A stretch of DNA of 64,000 nt, from positions 6,328-70,327 of the forward strand of contig CAYLHT010000003.1 of NCBI GenBank assembly GCA_964383765.1, in the 5' to 3' direction. Origin of the DNA: an uncultured Gammaproteobacteria bacterium (GTDB taxonomy: Bacteria; Patescibacteriota; Patescibacteriia; SBBC01; CAIJZX01). The position numbers and the translations under genes are program-made. Under the pieces are notes generated by a model that did no database searches, was not told the DNA's origin, and saw nothing but the letters and a program-made list of their open reading frames with translations. Positions within the stretch are counted from its first letter, which is position 1; each line of letters begins with the position of its first letter. Below are positions 1-9,790 of this stretch, in pieces.

Positions 1-1
1 T

Positions 2-3000
2 GAGTCCGGCACGGTCTACACCTTGCCAACTGGAACGTATAACGTTTCAGAAACTGGTGGGCCAGCTGGGTACACCGCGAGCTTCTCGGCTAGCTGCAGC
101 AACGGATCAATTGACGTCATCAGCGGCCAGCAAGCGGTCTGCACGATCACCAACACCCGCGACTCCGGCACCATCATCGTCAACCAGAAATTGGACACCG
201 ATGGCAATGGCTCGTTTGAAAGCGGTAACACTACCGCCAACGGCTTAGGCTACGCCTGGAGCCTTGATGGCGGTGCAACCAATCGCACAATGGGTAGCTC
301 AGCCGCGGTCACGACGATTGATAACCACGCAGTTAACGAAAATGGTGTCAGCGGATATCACTTCGTTGGCTGGTACTGGACCAATGACGGAACGCATTCT
401 TGCACGAACCCGCAAGCCACCAGCTTACCGGTCAACTTTACGGTCGCCAATGGCGAAACAAAAGACGTGACGCTGTGCGCGGCTCGTGATACCGGTACGC
501 TCGTCATCCAAAAGGATGTGATCAATCCGGATAACGGCGCGGTCAGCGACACGCACCAGTTCACGGTCACCGTGTCTGGTCAATCCAACGGCACAATCGC
601 CGAAGGGACAAACGCGACCTACAGCAACTTGCCAACCGGCAGCTACACCGTCACTGAGTTAGCTGACGGTAGCTACACCTTCGTGTCCTACAGCCTCGAC
701 ACCGATGCCAATGCCGGCAACGGCGCTCAGGTGACGGTCTCGAAAGATCAGACCACCACCCTGCTCGTCACCAACAAGCAGAAGAAAGTCAGCATCGTGG
801 TCCACAAGAATGTCGTCGGAATTGATGGTCAAACCGACGTCAGCGACAGTCACGGCTTCACGGCTAATGTGAATAGTACTAGCGGCACGATTGCTGAAGG
901 TTCGAACTTCACGACGCAAGTCAACCCCGGTAACGTTCACGTTTCTGAAAATGCTGACGCGAATTACGCCTTGGTCAGCATTACCCCGGCCGACTTCACG
1001 GTTCACAGTGGCGATCAACCGGTCAACGTCTATGTCGTCAACAAACAATTGCCAGCCCACATCACGGTCTACAAAGACGTGCGGGCTTGGGATGGCAGCG
1101 ACGTCAGCGACGGCCACACCTTCATGGTGACGTTGAATAACATCACCAAGAACTTCGGCGAGAACGCGCCGGCCAGCTACGACGTGGCTCCGGGTACATA
1201 CAGCGCCAATGAATTGGCGGATGCCAACTACACGCTGGACTCAATCAGCCCAGCTCAGGTAACCGTCGGTAGCAACGGCTCAGCCCAAATCACCGTCACG
1301 AACAAGCAGAATAAAGTCTTCGACTGGACGGTCACGAAGACCGGCCCAGCTACAGTTCAAGCTGGCGGTCAGATGACATACGACATCAGCTGGCAAATCA
1401 ACGCCAATAGCAATACCCAGCTGGCCAACATCACCGTGACTGATCCGCTGCCAGCGCACACCAGCTTCGTGTCCTGCAGCAACAGCTGTGATCACTCTAC
1501 CTCAACAATTAGTTGGAGCATTCCGGGTCCATTTGCGCCGGGTCAATCAGGCGTCGTCCACCTCACCGTGGCCGTCGATAATAACCTGAACCCGTTGCAA
1601 ATCACAAACATTGCGACCGTCTGCGGCGATCAACAGCCGTTTGTCCCAACCTTATCACTGACTGCCCTCAACCTCGATACGGTCAACGGCACCAGCCCGA
1701 CGCACGTCTGTAAGAACGGCTCGGTGGTGACACAACTGTTGTCGAGTTACACACTGGGTGTTAGCAAGACTGACAATCAGACCACGACCACCCCTGGCTC
1801 GACTTATAGCTACACGGTTAACTGGAATGTGAGTGGCAACGCCGCATCGACTAGCGCGTTAGTGGTCAAAGACACACTTCCGGCCCACACCAGTTTCGTC
1901 AGCGCCAGCAACGGCGGGACGAATAATGCCGGCGTCGTCACCTGGAATCTGGGTTCGAAGAGCGTCCCCTCCAACGGCACCCTGACGGTGACCGTCAAGG
2001 CCGACGATCTGATTCGGAACGGCACTGATCTACACAACACCGTGCAACTCTGTGACGACAGTCAACAGTGCGTGACTGGTGACGACCACACTCGTGTGGT
2101 GTCTGACTACCAAGTCAACGTCACCAAGACGGGCGCGCCGGAACCTGCCAACCCAGATCAGAACGTGACCTACACGCTGAACTGGACGCTGAGCGGCAAC
2201 GCGCCGGTCGACAGCTTGACCCTGACTGATACTTTGCCCGCCGGTGTAAGTTTCGTCGGCGCCAGCAACGGCGGCACCAACAATGCCGGGACGGTGACTT
2301 GGAACCTCGGGAGCTTCCCGACCGGCCAGGGCAATGGGAGCGTGACGGTGACTGTTCACCTGCCAACCCCATTAGCCAGCGGTACCACCTTCACCAACAC
2401 GGCCCAGATCTGCGGTTCAAGCACGAGCCTTGGTGATCAAGCGCCGGTCAATCACTGTGACAGTGATCAATTCATCACCCACGTGACCTCAGACTTCGGT
2501 GTCACGATTGACAAAGCGCGTCGCCCGTACACTGCCACAGCCGGGAATAATGGAACCCACACGCAGACCAGAGCAGTGGGCGGCAACGCGCCGGTGAACA
2601 CGTTAGCTCTCACTGACACTTTCCCCGCCGGTGCAAGTTTCGTCAGGGCCAGCAACGGCGGCACCAACAATGCCGGGACGGTGACCTGGAACCTCGGCGC
2701 ACATGTGCCGGGTGATCATGGCACGTTGACCCTGATTGTGATGGTCGCTAGCCCGCTGCAGAATGGTTCGCACCTCAGCAACACGGCTCAGGTTTGTGGC
2801 ACCAGTGGTCAAACCACGCACTGCAACACCGACACGGAAATCACGACCGTCAACAGTGACTTCAGCGTGGGCTTGGTCAAGACTGCGGCCAGCACCGTTA
2901 ATGCCGGTGATCAACTGATCTACACGCTGCACTGGACCCTGAACGGAAACGAATCGGTCAACCCAGTCGTCATCACCGATGCAATTCCGGCCAACACCAC

Positions 3001-4816
3001 GTTCGTCAGCGCCAGCAACGGCGGCACGAACACTGCCGGCACCGTCACCTGGAACCTCGGCGCCCATGTGCCGGGTGATAGCGGTGACGTGACCCTCACG
3101 GTCAACGTCAACAAACCGCTCGCCAATGGCACGGTCATCAGCAATACCGGCCAAGTCTGTGCGACGGCCACGAACCAGAACGATACCACCACGCAACACT
3201 GTGGCACCTCCACCACGACCACCACGGTCAACAGCGACTTCAGTGTTGACATCGTCAAGACCGCACCGAGCACAGTCAACGCTGGTGGCAGTCTGTCCTA
3301 TGTCTTAACCTGGAGCACGTCTGGCAACGCACCGATTGATAATCTGGTCATCACCGATCCGTTACCTGCCAACACCACATTCGTCAGCGCCAGCAACGGC
3401 GGAACAAACAACGCCGGTACAGTGACTTGGAACCTCGGTGCACATGCGCCGGGTGATCACGGTTCAGTCACCCTGAATGTAACGGTGGCCTCACCTCTGC
3501 AGAATGGAACGCTCATCACGAACACCGGGAAAATCTGTGGTGTCAGCGAGAGTGTCGATGGACAACGCTGTGACACAGACACGACGACCACAACGGTCAC
3601 TTCTGACTTCGGTGTCGATATTGCCAAAGCTGGTCCAGCCACAGCCACTCCTGGTAATCAACTGACCTATGTCCTGACCTGGACCACGACCGGCACAACG
3701 CCGATCTCCAGCGTCATCATCACCGACCCATTGCCAGCCAACACATCGTTTGTCAGCGCGACGAATGGCGGAACGAACAACGCCGGTACGGTCACCTGGA
3801 ACCTCGGCGCGCATGTGCCGGGTGATGGCGGAACGGTCACGTTGGTCGTGAAACTCAATTCCCCATTAGCGAATGGCACCAAAGTCGATAACACCGGTCA
3901 AATCTGTGCGCAGGCCACCGGAGTGGATGGGCAAAAGTGCGACACCAGCACCACCACCACGACGGTTAGCTCGTCACCGAGCTTGTCGATTGCTAAGACC
4001 AATGATGTCGTCGGCTTCACCAATCCCGGCAAAACCGTGACCTACACGGTCACCGTCACCAATGCCGCGGGTGCGACCGACACTGCTCACACCGTGGTCC
4101 TGACCGACGTGCTGCCGAGCGGCTTCACCTACACCGTCGGTGGTGGGTCAACCAAGAATTTCTCCTTGGGTGACATCGCGCCGGGCGCTTCGGTGATCAC
4201 GACCTATACTGCGGTCATCAACGCTGCCCAAGCTGCTGGCACCTACACCAACACGGCCTCAGCTCAGGGCAACAACACCAGCAAGGTCAGCGCCACGTCG
4301 AATGTCGAAGTCCGCGTGCCGCAAATTCTCGGTGCCACAACTGCTCCGAACCTGACGATTACCAAGACCGTCAAGCCAACTACGGCCAACCCGGGACAGA
4401 CCATCACGTATACCGTTACGATCAAAAACACTGGTGACGGGGATGCGAAGAACGTCGTCCTGACTGACACCTTGCCGTCCGGTCTGACCTTCCTTGACAC
4501 CGGTAAGTCAACGCAGACGTGGGATATTGGCACCTTGGCCGCTAACCACGATCGGGTGATCAATTACCTCGTCAAAGTTGGTTCAACGGTCAAGGCCGGA
4601 ACCTACAAGAACCTGGCCGTCGTGACCGCTTCGGATCTCAGCCCGCAGCAGGCCACAGCGACCTTGACAGTGAAGGTTCCGCAAGTACTGGGCTTAGCCA
4701 CCACCGGCGTTTCGCTCCGCGATTATCTGACCTTCGCCGCTGGTCTCATCCTGATGGGTCTCGGCGTCACCTGGCTCGTCCGGGGAAATCGCCGCCATGC
4801 AACCGAACTCGCTTAA
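2..4816 (+). CDS. Giant cell-surface protein, 5' partial (frame open to window start). It carries ~6 tandem ~380-bp repeats encoding DUF11/CnaB-like Ig-fold modules, and a C-terminal LATTG sorting signal followed by a TM helix and an RGNRRH tail.
   Basis: 1597-aa ORF with no stop upstream of position 23. Repeated TLPA(H/N)TSFVSASNGGTNNAGTVTWNLG modules. C-terminus: LATTG + hydrophobic stretch + RGNRRH, a classic sortase substrate architecture. Confidence 0.75.
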   Translation, partial: ESGTVYTLPTGTYNVSETGGPAGYTASFSASCSNGSIDVISGQQAVCTITNTRDSGTIIVNQKLDTDGNGSFESGNTTANGLGYAWSLDGGATNRTMGSSAAVTTIDNHAVNENGVSGYHFVGWYWTNDGTHSCTNPQATSLPVNFTVANGETKDVTLCAARDTGTLVIQKDVINPDNGAVSDTHQFTVTVSGQSNGTIAEGTNATYSNLPTGSYTVTELADGSYTFVSYSLDTDANAGNGAQVTVSKDQTTTLLVTNKQKKVSIVVHKNVVGIDGQTDVSDSHGFTANVNSTSGTIAEGSNFTTQVNPGNVHVSENADANYALVSITPADFTVHSGDQPVNVYVVNKQLPAHITVYKDVRAWDGSDVSDGHTFMVTLNNITKNFGENAPASYDVAPGTYSANELADANYTLDSISPAQVTVGSNGSAQITVTNKQNKVFDWTVTKTGPATVQAGGQMTYDISWQINANSNTQLANITVTDPLPAHTSFVSCSNSCDHSTSTISWSIPGPFAPGQSGVVHLTVAVDNNLNPLQITNIATVCGDQQPFVPTLSLTALNLDTVNGTSPTHVCKNGSVVTQLLSSYTLGVSKTDNQTTTTPGSTYSYTVNWNVSGNAASTSALVVKDTLPAHTSFVSASNGGTNNAGVVTWNLGSKSVPSNGTLTVTVKADDLIRNGTDLHNTVQLCDDSQQCVTGDDHTRVVSDYQVNVTKTGAPEPANPDQNVTYTLNWTLSGNAPVDSLTLTDTLPAGVSFVGASNGGTNNAGTVTWNLGSFPTGQGNGSVTVTVHLPTPLASGTTFTNTAQICGSSTSLGDQAPVNHCDSDQFITHVTSDFGVTIDKARRPYTATAGNNGTHTQTRAVGGNAPVNTLALTDTFPAGASFVRASNGGTNNAGTVTWNLGAHVPGDHGTLTLIVMVASPLQNGSHLSNTAQVCGTSGQTTHCNTDTEITTVNSDFSVGLVKTAASTVNAGDQLIYTLHWTLNGNESVNPVVITDAIPANTTFVSASNGGTNTAGTVTWNLGAHVPGDSGDVTLTVNVNKPLANGTVISNTGQVCATATNQNDTTTQHCGTSTTTTTVNSDFSVDIVKTAPSTVNAGGSLSYVLTWSTSGNAPIDNLVITDPLPANTTFVSASNGGTNNAGTVTWNLGAHAPGDHGSVTLNVTVASPLQNGTLITNTGKICGVSESVDGQRCDTDTTTTTVTSDFGVDIAKAGPATATPGNQLTYVLTWTTTGTTPISSVIITDPLPANTSFVSATNGGTNNAGTVTWNLGAHVPGDGGTVTLVVKLNSPLANGTKVDNTGQICAQATGVDGQKCDTSTTTTTVSSSPSLSIAKTNDVVGFTNPGKTVTYTVTVTNAAGATDTAHTVVLTDVLPSGFTYTVGGGSTKNFSLGDIAPGASVITTYTAVINAAQAAGTYTNTASAQGNNTSKVSATSNVEVRVPQILGATTAPNLTITKTVKPTTANPGQTITYTVTIKNTGDGDAKNVVLTDTLPSGLTFLDTGKSTQTWDIGTLAANHDRVINYLVKVGSTVKAGTYKNLAVVTASDLSPQQATATLTVKVPQVLGLATTGVSLRDYLTFAAGLILMGLGVTWLVRGNRRHATELA

Positions 4817-5456
4817 TACTTCCGAGTTAGCTACCTTCCCCCATCGCCGCAAGGCGGTGGGGGTTTGGTGGCGCGTGGTCCCGATCGCGATGATCGTGAT
4901 TGGTGCCACCGTCATCAGTTACCCACTCTGGCCTGGGATTAAATTCGCATTAACAAAACCCAAACCGGTCATTCCTTTTCATACCAAGCTGGTCAGTACA
5001 CCCAGTGCTTTTGCAGCTTTACCATCGCTCCCGGTCATCACCGAGCTGGCCACGCCAAAGGACAACCGCCTGGTCATTCCCAGCATCGGGGTGAACATGC
5101 CAATCTTAGAAGGCCCGACCCAAAAAACCTTGGACCGAGGTGGCATTTGGCACATTCCGAAAACCTCTGATCCGGTCAAAGGTGGAAACATCGTCCTCTC
5201 CGGGCACCGTTGGCAATATCTGCCACCCAGCTCAACCACCCTCTATCTCCTGGATAAAGTGAAAATCGGCGAGCCGGTCCTCGTCTACTGGAAAGGACAA
5301 GAATATGATTACACGATTGATGGTCGCCAGGTCGTTAATCCTGACCGGGTTGATATTCTCAAAGATACCCCCCAACCGAAGTTAACCATTTTTACCTGTA
5401 CCCCACTCTACTCCACCAAACAACGCCTCGTCCTGTTTGGACATCTTATTTCATAA
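4797..5456 (+). CDS. Sortase (class E-like, consistent with an LAXTG substrate)
   Basis: N-terminal TM anchor, LSGHR active-site His motif, TLxTC motif (LTIFTCTP) and a conserved C-terminal Arg. Lies immediately downstream of the LATTG protein. Confidence 0.8.
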   Translation: MQPNSLNTSELATFPHRRKAVGVWWRVVPIAMIVIGATVISYPLWPGIKFALTKPKPVIPFHTKLVSTPSAFAALPSLPVITELATPKDNRLVIPSIGVNMPILEGPTQKTLDRGGIWHIPKTSDPVKGGNIVLSGHRWQYLPPSSTTLYLLDKVKIGEPVLVYWKGQEYDYTIDGRQVVNPDRVDILKDTPQPKLTIFTCTPLYSTKQRLVLFGHLIS

Positions 5457-6546
5457 CGCTTCACGTATGCGCCTGTCGCGATGGTCAGTCATTTCTGTCT
5501 TCAGTCTCCTTGTGCTGAGTCTCGGGTTCGTGAGTCGCACGAATGCCACTACCACGAAAATTTCTGTTAGCCCAAGTTCGGCTACTCTGCAAGCTGGTCA
5601 TACCCAAACCTTTATTGTGACGGCCACGGATAGTACCGGAACAACGAAAGACGTCACTGCCGATTCGACGCTCTCATCAAATGACCCCAACGGCAAAGTC
5701 AGCGGCGCAACGTACACCGCCGGCCAAGTTGGCAATTGGACGATTCAAGTCGCCTACCAAAGCTTTGTGACAACCGCCAAAGTCAGTGTCAGTGCTGGCG
5801 ATGTGGCTGAGCTCGTGATTAACCCAAATTCAGATCCCGAAGTCATCTTAACTGGGACCAGAAAACGTTTTAGTGTTGAAGCCTTCGATGCCAAACACAA
5901 TCCACTCGACACCCCACACATCACCTGGAGCGTGATTGGAGCGATTGGCTCGATCGACAGTACGGGTGTCTTCACCCCAACTGGCATTGGCACCGGAAAA
6001 GTTCAGGCGCAATCTGATTCCGTCACCGGGCAAGTTGCCATTGAAGTTCGTCAGGCGCCCGTGACCAATACGAATTCATCCGTCACAACGAATACCAATA
6101 CCACCACGAACACAAATCGCCCGACGAACCGCAATACGAATTCGAGCAACACGAATTCGGCGACCAACGCGAACACCAATGTGGCCACGAATCAAAATAC
6201 GAACTCCTCCAACGTCAACGCGACCAACGCGAACACCAATACAAGTACTCTGGTAACCTCATCCCAGTGCACCTCGCTTAAACCCTGGGTTTGGACTGTG
6301 ATGCTGATTCTCTTCTTAATCCTCGTCGCCATCCTGTACGGCTTAGTACCAGTCACGAAAATCTGGCCAGTGGTGGTCGCCTTAATCAGCGCTGGCGTCC
6401 TAGCCTTTATTCAACGTAAGTACGACTGTAACCTGCAGACCTGGTGGGCGTGGGTGATTACACTCGGCACCGTCGCCTTGACCGCCTTAGCCATCCGCTC
6501 GAATCCAAGTACCGGCGGACAGAATCAAACGCCATCAAATTCCTAA
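5437..6546 (+). CDS. Secreted/membrane protein with a signal peptide, two Big_2-like Ig domains, a T/N-rich low-complexity linker and a C-terminal multi-TM anchor
   Basis: Translation shows a hydrophobic N-terminus, Ig-like motifs (ATYTAGQVGNWTIQV...), a TNTNSS repeat tract and C-terminal hydrophobic helices. Confidence 0.55.
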   Translation: MDILFHNASRMRLSRWSVISVFSLLVLSLGFVSRTNATTTKISVSPSSATLQAGHTQTFIVTATDSTGTTKDVTADSTLSSNDPNGKVSGATYTAGQVGNWTIQVAYQSFVTTAKVSVSAGDVAELVINPNSDPEVILTGTRKRFSVEAFDAKHNPLDTPHITWSVIGAIGSIDSTGVFTPTGIGTGKVQAQSDSVTGQVAIEVRQAPVTNTNSSVTTNTNTTTNTNRPTNRNTNSSNTNSATNANTNVATNQNTNSSNVNATNANTNTSTLVTSSQCTSLKPWVWTVMLILFLILVAILYGLVPVTKIWPVVVALISAGVLAFIQRKYDCNLQTWWAWVITLGTVALTALAIRSNPSTGGQNQTPSNS

Positions 6547-6555
6547 TCGATGAGA

Positions 6556-6589
6556 TACTCCGCCCCGGCCGTCACGGCCGGGGCGGTTG
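6556..6589. terminator. GC-rich hairpin (CCGCCCCGGCCG-TCAC-GGCCGGGGCGG) between convergent genes; likely a bidirectional terminator
   Basis: Perfect 11-12 bp inverted repeat seen directly between the 6546 (+) and 6593 (-) gene ends. Confidence 0.55.
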
Positions 6590-6592
6590 GTA

Positions 6593-7405
6593 TTAGTGCA
6601 ACCAAACAATCGCCAATACGGTCAGACCGAGAACGATCCGATACGCCGTAAACCACGCGTACGAATGACGACTGAGGAATCTGAGCAACGCCCGGATGAC
6701 AACGTACCCCACGATCGCCGCTACGGCCGCACCGACGATAAACGCTAACCGTTGATCGCTCGTTAATGATTCGTGACGAAGCTCAAAGAGTTTTTTCAGG
6801 ACCGCGCCAGCGGTGATTGGCGTGGCGAGTAAAAAAGAAAACCGCGCCGCCGACGGCCGGTCAAAACCTAGCCACCGCCCAGCGGTAATCGTCACCCCCG
6901 AACGTGAGATGCCCGGCACGACTGCGAACATTTGGGCTAGCCCAACCAAGAGCGCCTGCCACCACGTAATGCGATCCAACGCTCGGTCACTGCGACCAAA
7001 TCGATCGGCTAGCCAGAGGACAATACCCGCACCAATCAACGTTAGTGCCACGAGTGCGGGTTGCCGAAATGTGGATTCGGCCGCTGATTCAAGTAAAGCC
7101 CCCGCGATTGCGCCAGGAATGGTGGCAATCAATAGCCACCAAGCCAAGCGCTGATCCGGATCGGACATCTGCCAGCGGCCAAAATTCCGAAACCAGGATC
7201 GGACCAATCGCCACAGATCGTGCCAAAAGTACGCGAGTAAGGCCAACAGTGTACCCAGGTGGAGAGCCACATCAAACGTTAGATCATCGCCAACCGAAAA
7301 GTGTGTTATGCTGTGCAGGAGCAACAAGTGTCCGGAACTAGAAATTGGCAAGAATTCCGCTAGGCCCTGCACCGCCCCGAACAACGCCGCTTCACCAAGT
7401 ATCAT
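6593..7405 (-). CDS. uppP: Undecaprenyl-diphosphatase
   Basis: LAEFLPISSSGHL motif plus a multi-TM profile typical of UppP/BacA. Confidence 0.85.
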   Translation of the reverse strand: MILGEAALFGAVQGLAEFLPISSSGHLLLLHSITHFSVGDDLTFDVALHLGTLLALLAYFWHDLWRLVRSWFRNFGRWQMSDPDQRLAWWLLIATIPGAIAGALLESAAESTFRQPALVALTLIGAGIVLWLADRFGRSDRALDRITWWQALLVGLAQMFAVVPGISRSGVTITAGRWLGFDRPSAARFSFLLATPITAGAVLKKLFELRHESLTSDQRLAFIVGAAVAAIVGYVVIRALLRFLSRHSYAWFTAYRIVLGLTVLAIVWLH

Positions 7406-7414
7406 AGATTCATA

Positions 7415-7870
7415 TTGATTATGACTATTCCGTCGTTACTGATTATTCCGCTCGCCGCTGGTTTGTTGACCCAGGTCACCAAGTTTATCATAGAAATCGT
7501 GCATGGCGAATGGCGGTGGGAAGCCTTCTTCGAGTACGGGGGCATGCCTTCTGCCCACACTGCTTTCGTGGTCTCATTAACGACGGCGGTCGGTTTACGG
7601 GAGGGCCTGGCGAGTGCAGACTTTGCAATCGCCTTTATTTTCTCGCTCTTGGTGATCCGCGACGCTACTGGTTTACGCCAATTCCTCGGCCAGCACGGGC
7701 GCGTCTTAAATATGCTGATTCGTGAATTACCGGACCAAGAAGAACGCAAGTTCCCACAAAAATTAGCTGAGCGGCTCGGCCATACTCCTCTGCAAGCCCT
7801 GGTGGGTGGCTTGATTGGGTTGCTGTCGGCGTTGGTGCTGTATCGCTGGCTACCGATCACGCCGTACTAA
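7415..7870 (+). CDS. Divergent PAP2 / acid-phosphatase-related membrane protein (DUF212-like)
   Basis: MPSAHTAFVVSL...IRDATGLR motif pattern of the YuiD/DUF212 family. Confidence 0.5.
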   Translation: MIMTIPSLLIIPLAAGLLTQVTKFIIEIVHGEWRWEAFFEYGGMPSAHTAFVVSLTTAVGLREGLASADFAIAFIFSLLVIRDATGLRQFLGQHGRVLNMLIRELPDQEERKFPQKLAERLGHTPLQALVGGLIGLLSALVLYRWLPITPY

Positions 7871-8733
7871 CGCTGACAATTCGGACAGTAATGCGTCCCG
7901 CGCTGAGCCAGGACGGTTTTGACGATCGTGTGACCACAGCGGCGACACAGTAATCCATCTCGTCCATACACTCGCAGAAACTTATTCATACTCCCCTTCT
8001 CACCGTTGGAGCGACGGTAATCCGAGGCGGAGGTGCCGTTGTGTTTGATCGACAACTGGAGCACGTGACGAATTCCGCGATAGAGCGCTGCTCGTTCAGT
8101 CGGGGTAAGCGTGCTGATGCGGCGGGCTGGTTTGATTTTGGCGTAATGACAGGCCTCGTCGGCATAAATATTTCCGATCCCCGCCATTACATGTTGATCC
8201 ATAATCGTAGGCTTAACGCGTTTGACTCGATGCTTTTTGAGCAGCGCTGAAAACAACGCAAAACTAAAATCGTCGGTCAGTGGTTCCGGTCCATACCCCT
8301 GGCCTTCCAACCACTGTTCAAGTTCATCCGTTTTTACCAACCGCACAAATCCAAATTGCCGTTGGTCATTAAAAAATAGCGTGCCGCGATTGGTCACGAA
8401 AATGACATGTGAGTACTTGTTTGGCAGATTCAGCGTCCCGCCCGGAATCGGGTGACCGCCGACAATCTGACGATGGCGCTTCCCTTCCCAAATTAACTGT
8501 CCAGACATTTTGAGATGAATCACAATAGTGTGATTGTTCGAAACATCGAACAGGGCGAGCTTGGCCCGACGGTGCACTCGGAGAACTCGAGTGTTCAAAA
8601 TCCCCCGACGAAATTTTCGTAGCGGCATTTTGACCATTTTCGGTAAACCGACCTGGACTTGCTGAATCCGGCTACCGGGCATGACCCGGTTTAACTCACG
8701 GGTGATGGTTTCAACTTCGGGTAACTCCGGCAC
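7867..8733 (-). CDS. mutM: Formamidopyrimidine-DNA glycosylase (Fpg/Nei family)
   Basis: N-terminal MPELPEVE and a C-terminal C4 zinc finger (CRRCG...CPNCQ). Confidence 0.8.
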   Translation of the reverse strand: MPELPEVETITRELNRVMPGSRIQQVQVGLPKMVKMPLRKFRRGILNTRVLRVHRRAKLALFDVSNNHTIVIHLKMSGQLIWEGKRHRQIVGGHPIPGGTLNLPNKYSHVIFVTNRGTLFFNDQRQFGFVRLVKTDELEQWLEGQGYGPEPLTDDFSFALFSALLKKHRVKRVKPTIMDQHVMAGIGNIYADEACHYAKIKPARRISTLTPTERAALYRGIRHVLQLSIKHNGTSASDYRRSNGEKGSMNKFLRVYGRDGLLCRRCGHTIVKTVLAQRGTHYCPNCQR

Positions 8734-8735
8734 AG

Positions 8736-9056
8736 CTATGTTAAAAACGACGAGGCTTCAATTTCTTGCCACTCTCCGTTAACTTTTCGTAGCGCAGTCA
8801 GCTCCGACACTTCTTCATCCGGGCTGTATTCATAGCTCACGCTGGCCGCCGTGCCGACCCGCCGGCCGCCCATAGCTTTTTTACCGATAATCCGCGGCCG
8901 GGTGACGAATTCTAGACGAATCTCCCCGACCGGTCCCGTAAATTCAATGAACTCAAGTCGGCCCGGTTCTTCGTCCAAGGGTTGTTCACCACGTTCGTTC
9001 ACAGTAAACCGATCTTGAATCGTTCCGATCAAATCAAGCCAGCGTTCTCGAGTCAT
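8736..9056 (-). CDS. Hypothetical protein
   Basis: ORF only; tightly packed between mutM and the DedA-like gene. Confidence 0.3.
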   Translation of the reverse strand: MTRERWLDLIGTIQDRFTVNERGEQPLDEEPGRLEFIEFTGPVGEIRLEFVTRPRIIGKKAMGGRRVGTAASVSYEYSPDEEVSELTALRKVNGEWQEIEASSFLT

Positions 9057-9790
9057 ACCTGCTTGTTGTTATCGAGTAACCGATGCATAATTTTTGTCCA
9101 ATCGAGACGGAACATGATATACGCGATAACGGCAATTCCCCCAATCGTCAGAATTTGAGTGATTAAACCAGTCGTGGTCGCGGCTAAACCAGTGTTCAGT
9201 TGATGCGAAATCACAAAACTCGAATAGGTCACGACCCATCCGGCCATGATTTTTCCGAGCGTTGAGAACAACCACGCCCGCCAGACCGGATACTTGAGCA
9301 TGCCGAGCGGAATCATAATCAAGTCGTCCGGCAACGGGGTCGAGCCAAAAATCAGCAAGAAGATAATGATCATGCCTGGCCGTTCGTGTAAAATGCGTTC
9401 CATCGCGTCATAGGTTTCTGGTTTTTTGCGGTGAAACCAGTTCGACCCCCATCGCCCAACGATATAGCCAAACAACTGACCAATCCCGGCTCCGAGTCCC
9501 ATCAACAAGCCCAACCAAAACGGACTCAATCCCTGAGTTGCGAGGAAAAAGATAATCACCGTATATGGAAGGAAAACTGTGGCACTGGTGCTGCCAATCA
9601 AGGCCGAGAAAAAAGCTCCGGCGTACCCATACCGCAATGCGACATGCGTCCACGAATCGGTCAGATGACCATAGACTGTTGCGATCAGGGGAACACTCGT
9701 GATACCGATGCCGAGCAAAATCAGGATCACGAGCACAGTGATGACCCCCATTTCCGCTCGCCCGAACTTAAATGGTTTGAAATGAATCAT
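9053..9790 (-). CDS. DedA/TVP38-like membrane protein
   Basis: Multi-TM protein with the DedA-like motif region (FGSTPLPDDLIMIPLGMLKYP). Confidence 0.4.
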   Translation of the reverse strand: MIHFKPFKFGRAEMGVITVLVILILLGIGITSVPLIATVYGHLTDSWTHVALRYGYAGAFFSALIGSTSATVFLPYTVIIFFLATQGLSPFWLGLLMGLGAGIGQLFGYIVGRWGSNWFHRKKPETYDAMERILHERPGMIIIFLLIFGSTPLPDDLIMIPLGMLKYPVWRAWLFSTLGKIMAGWVVTYSSFVISHQLNTGLAATTTGLITQILTIGGIAVIAYIMFRLDWTKIMHRLLDNNKQV

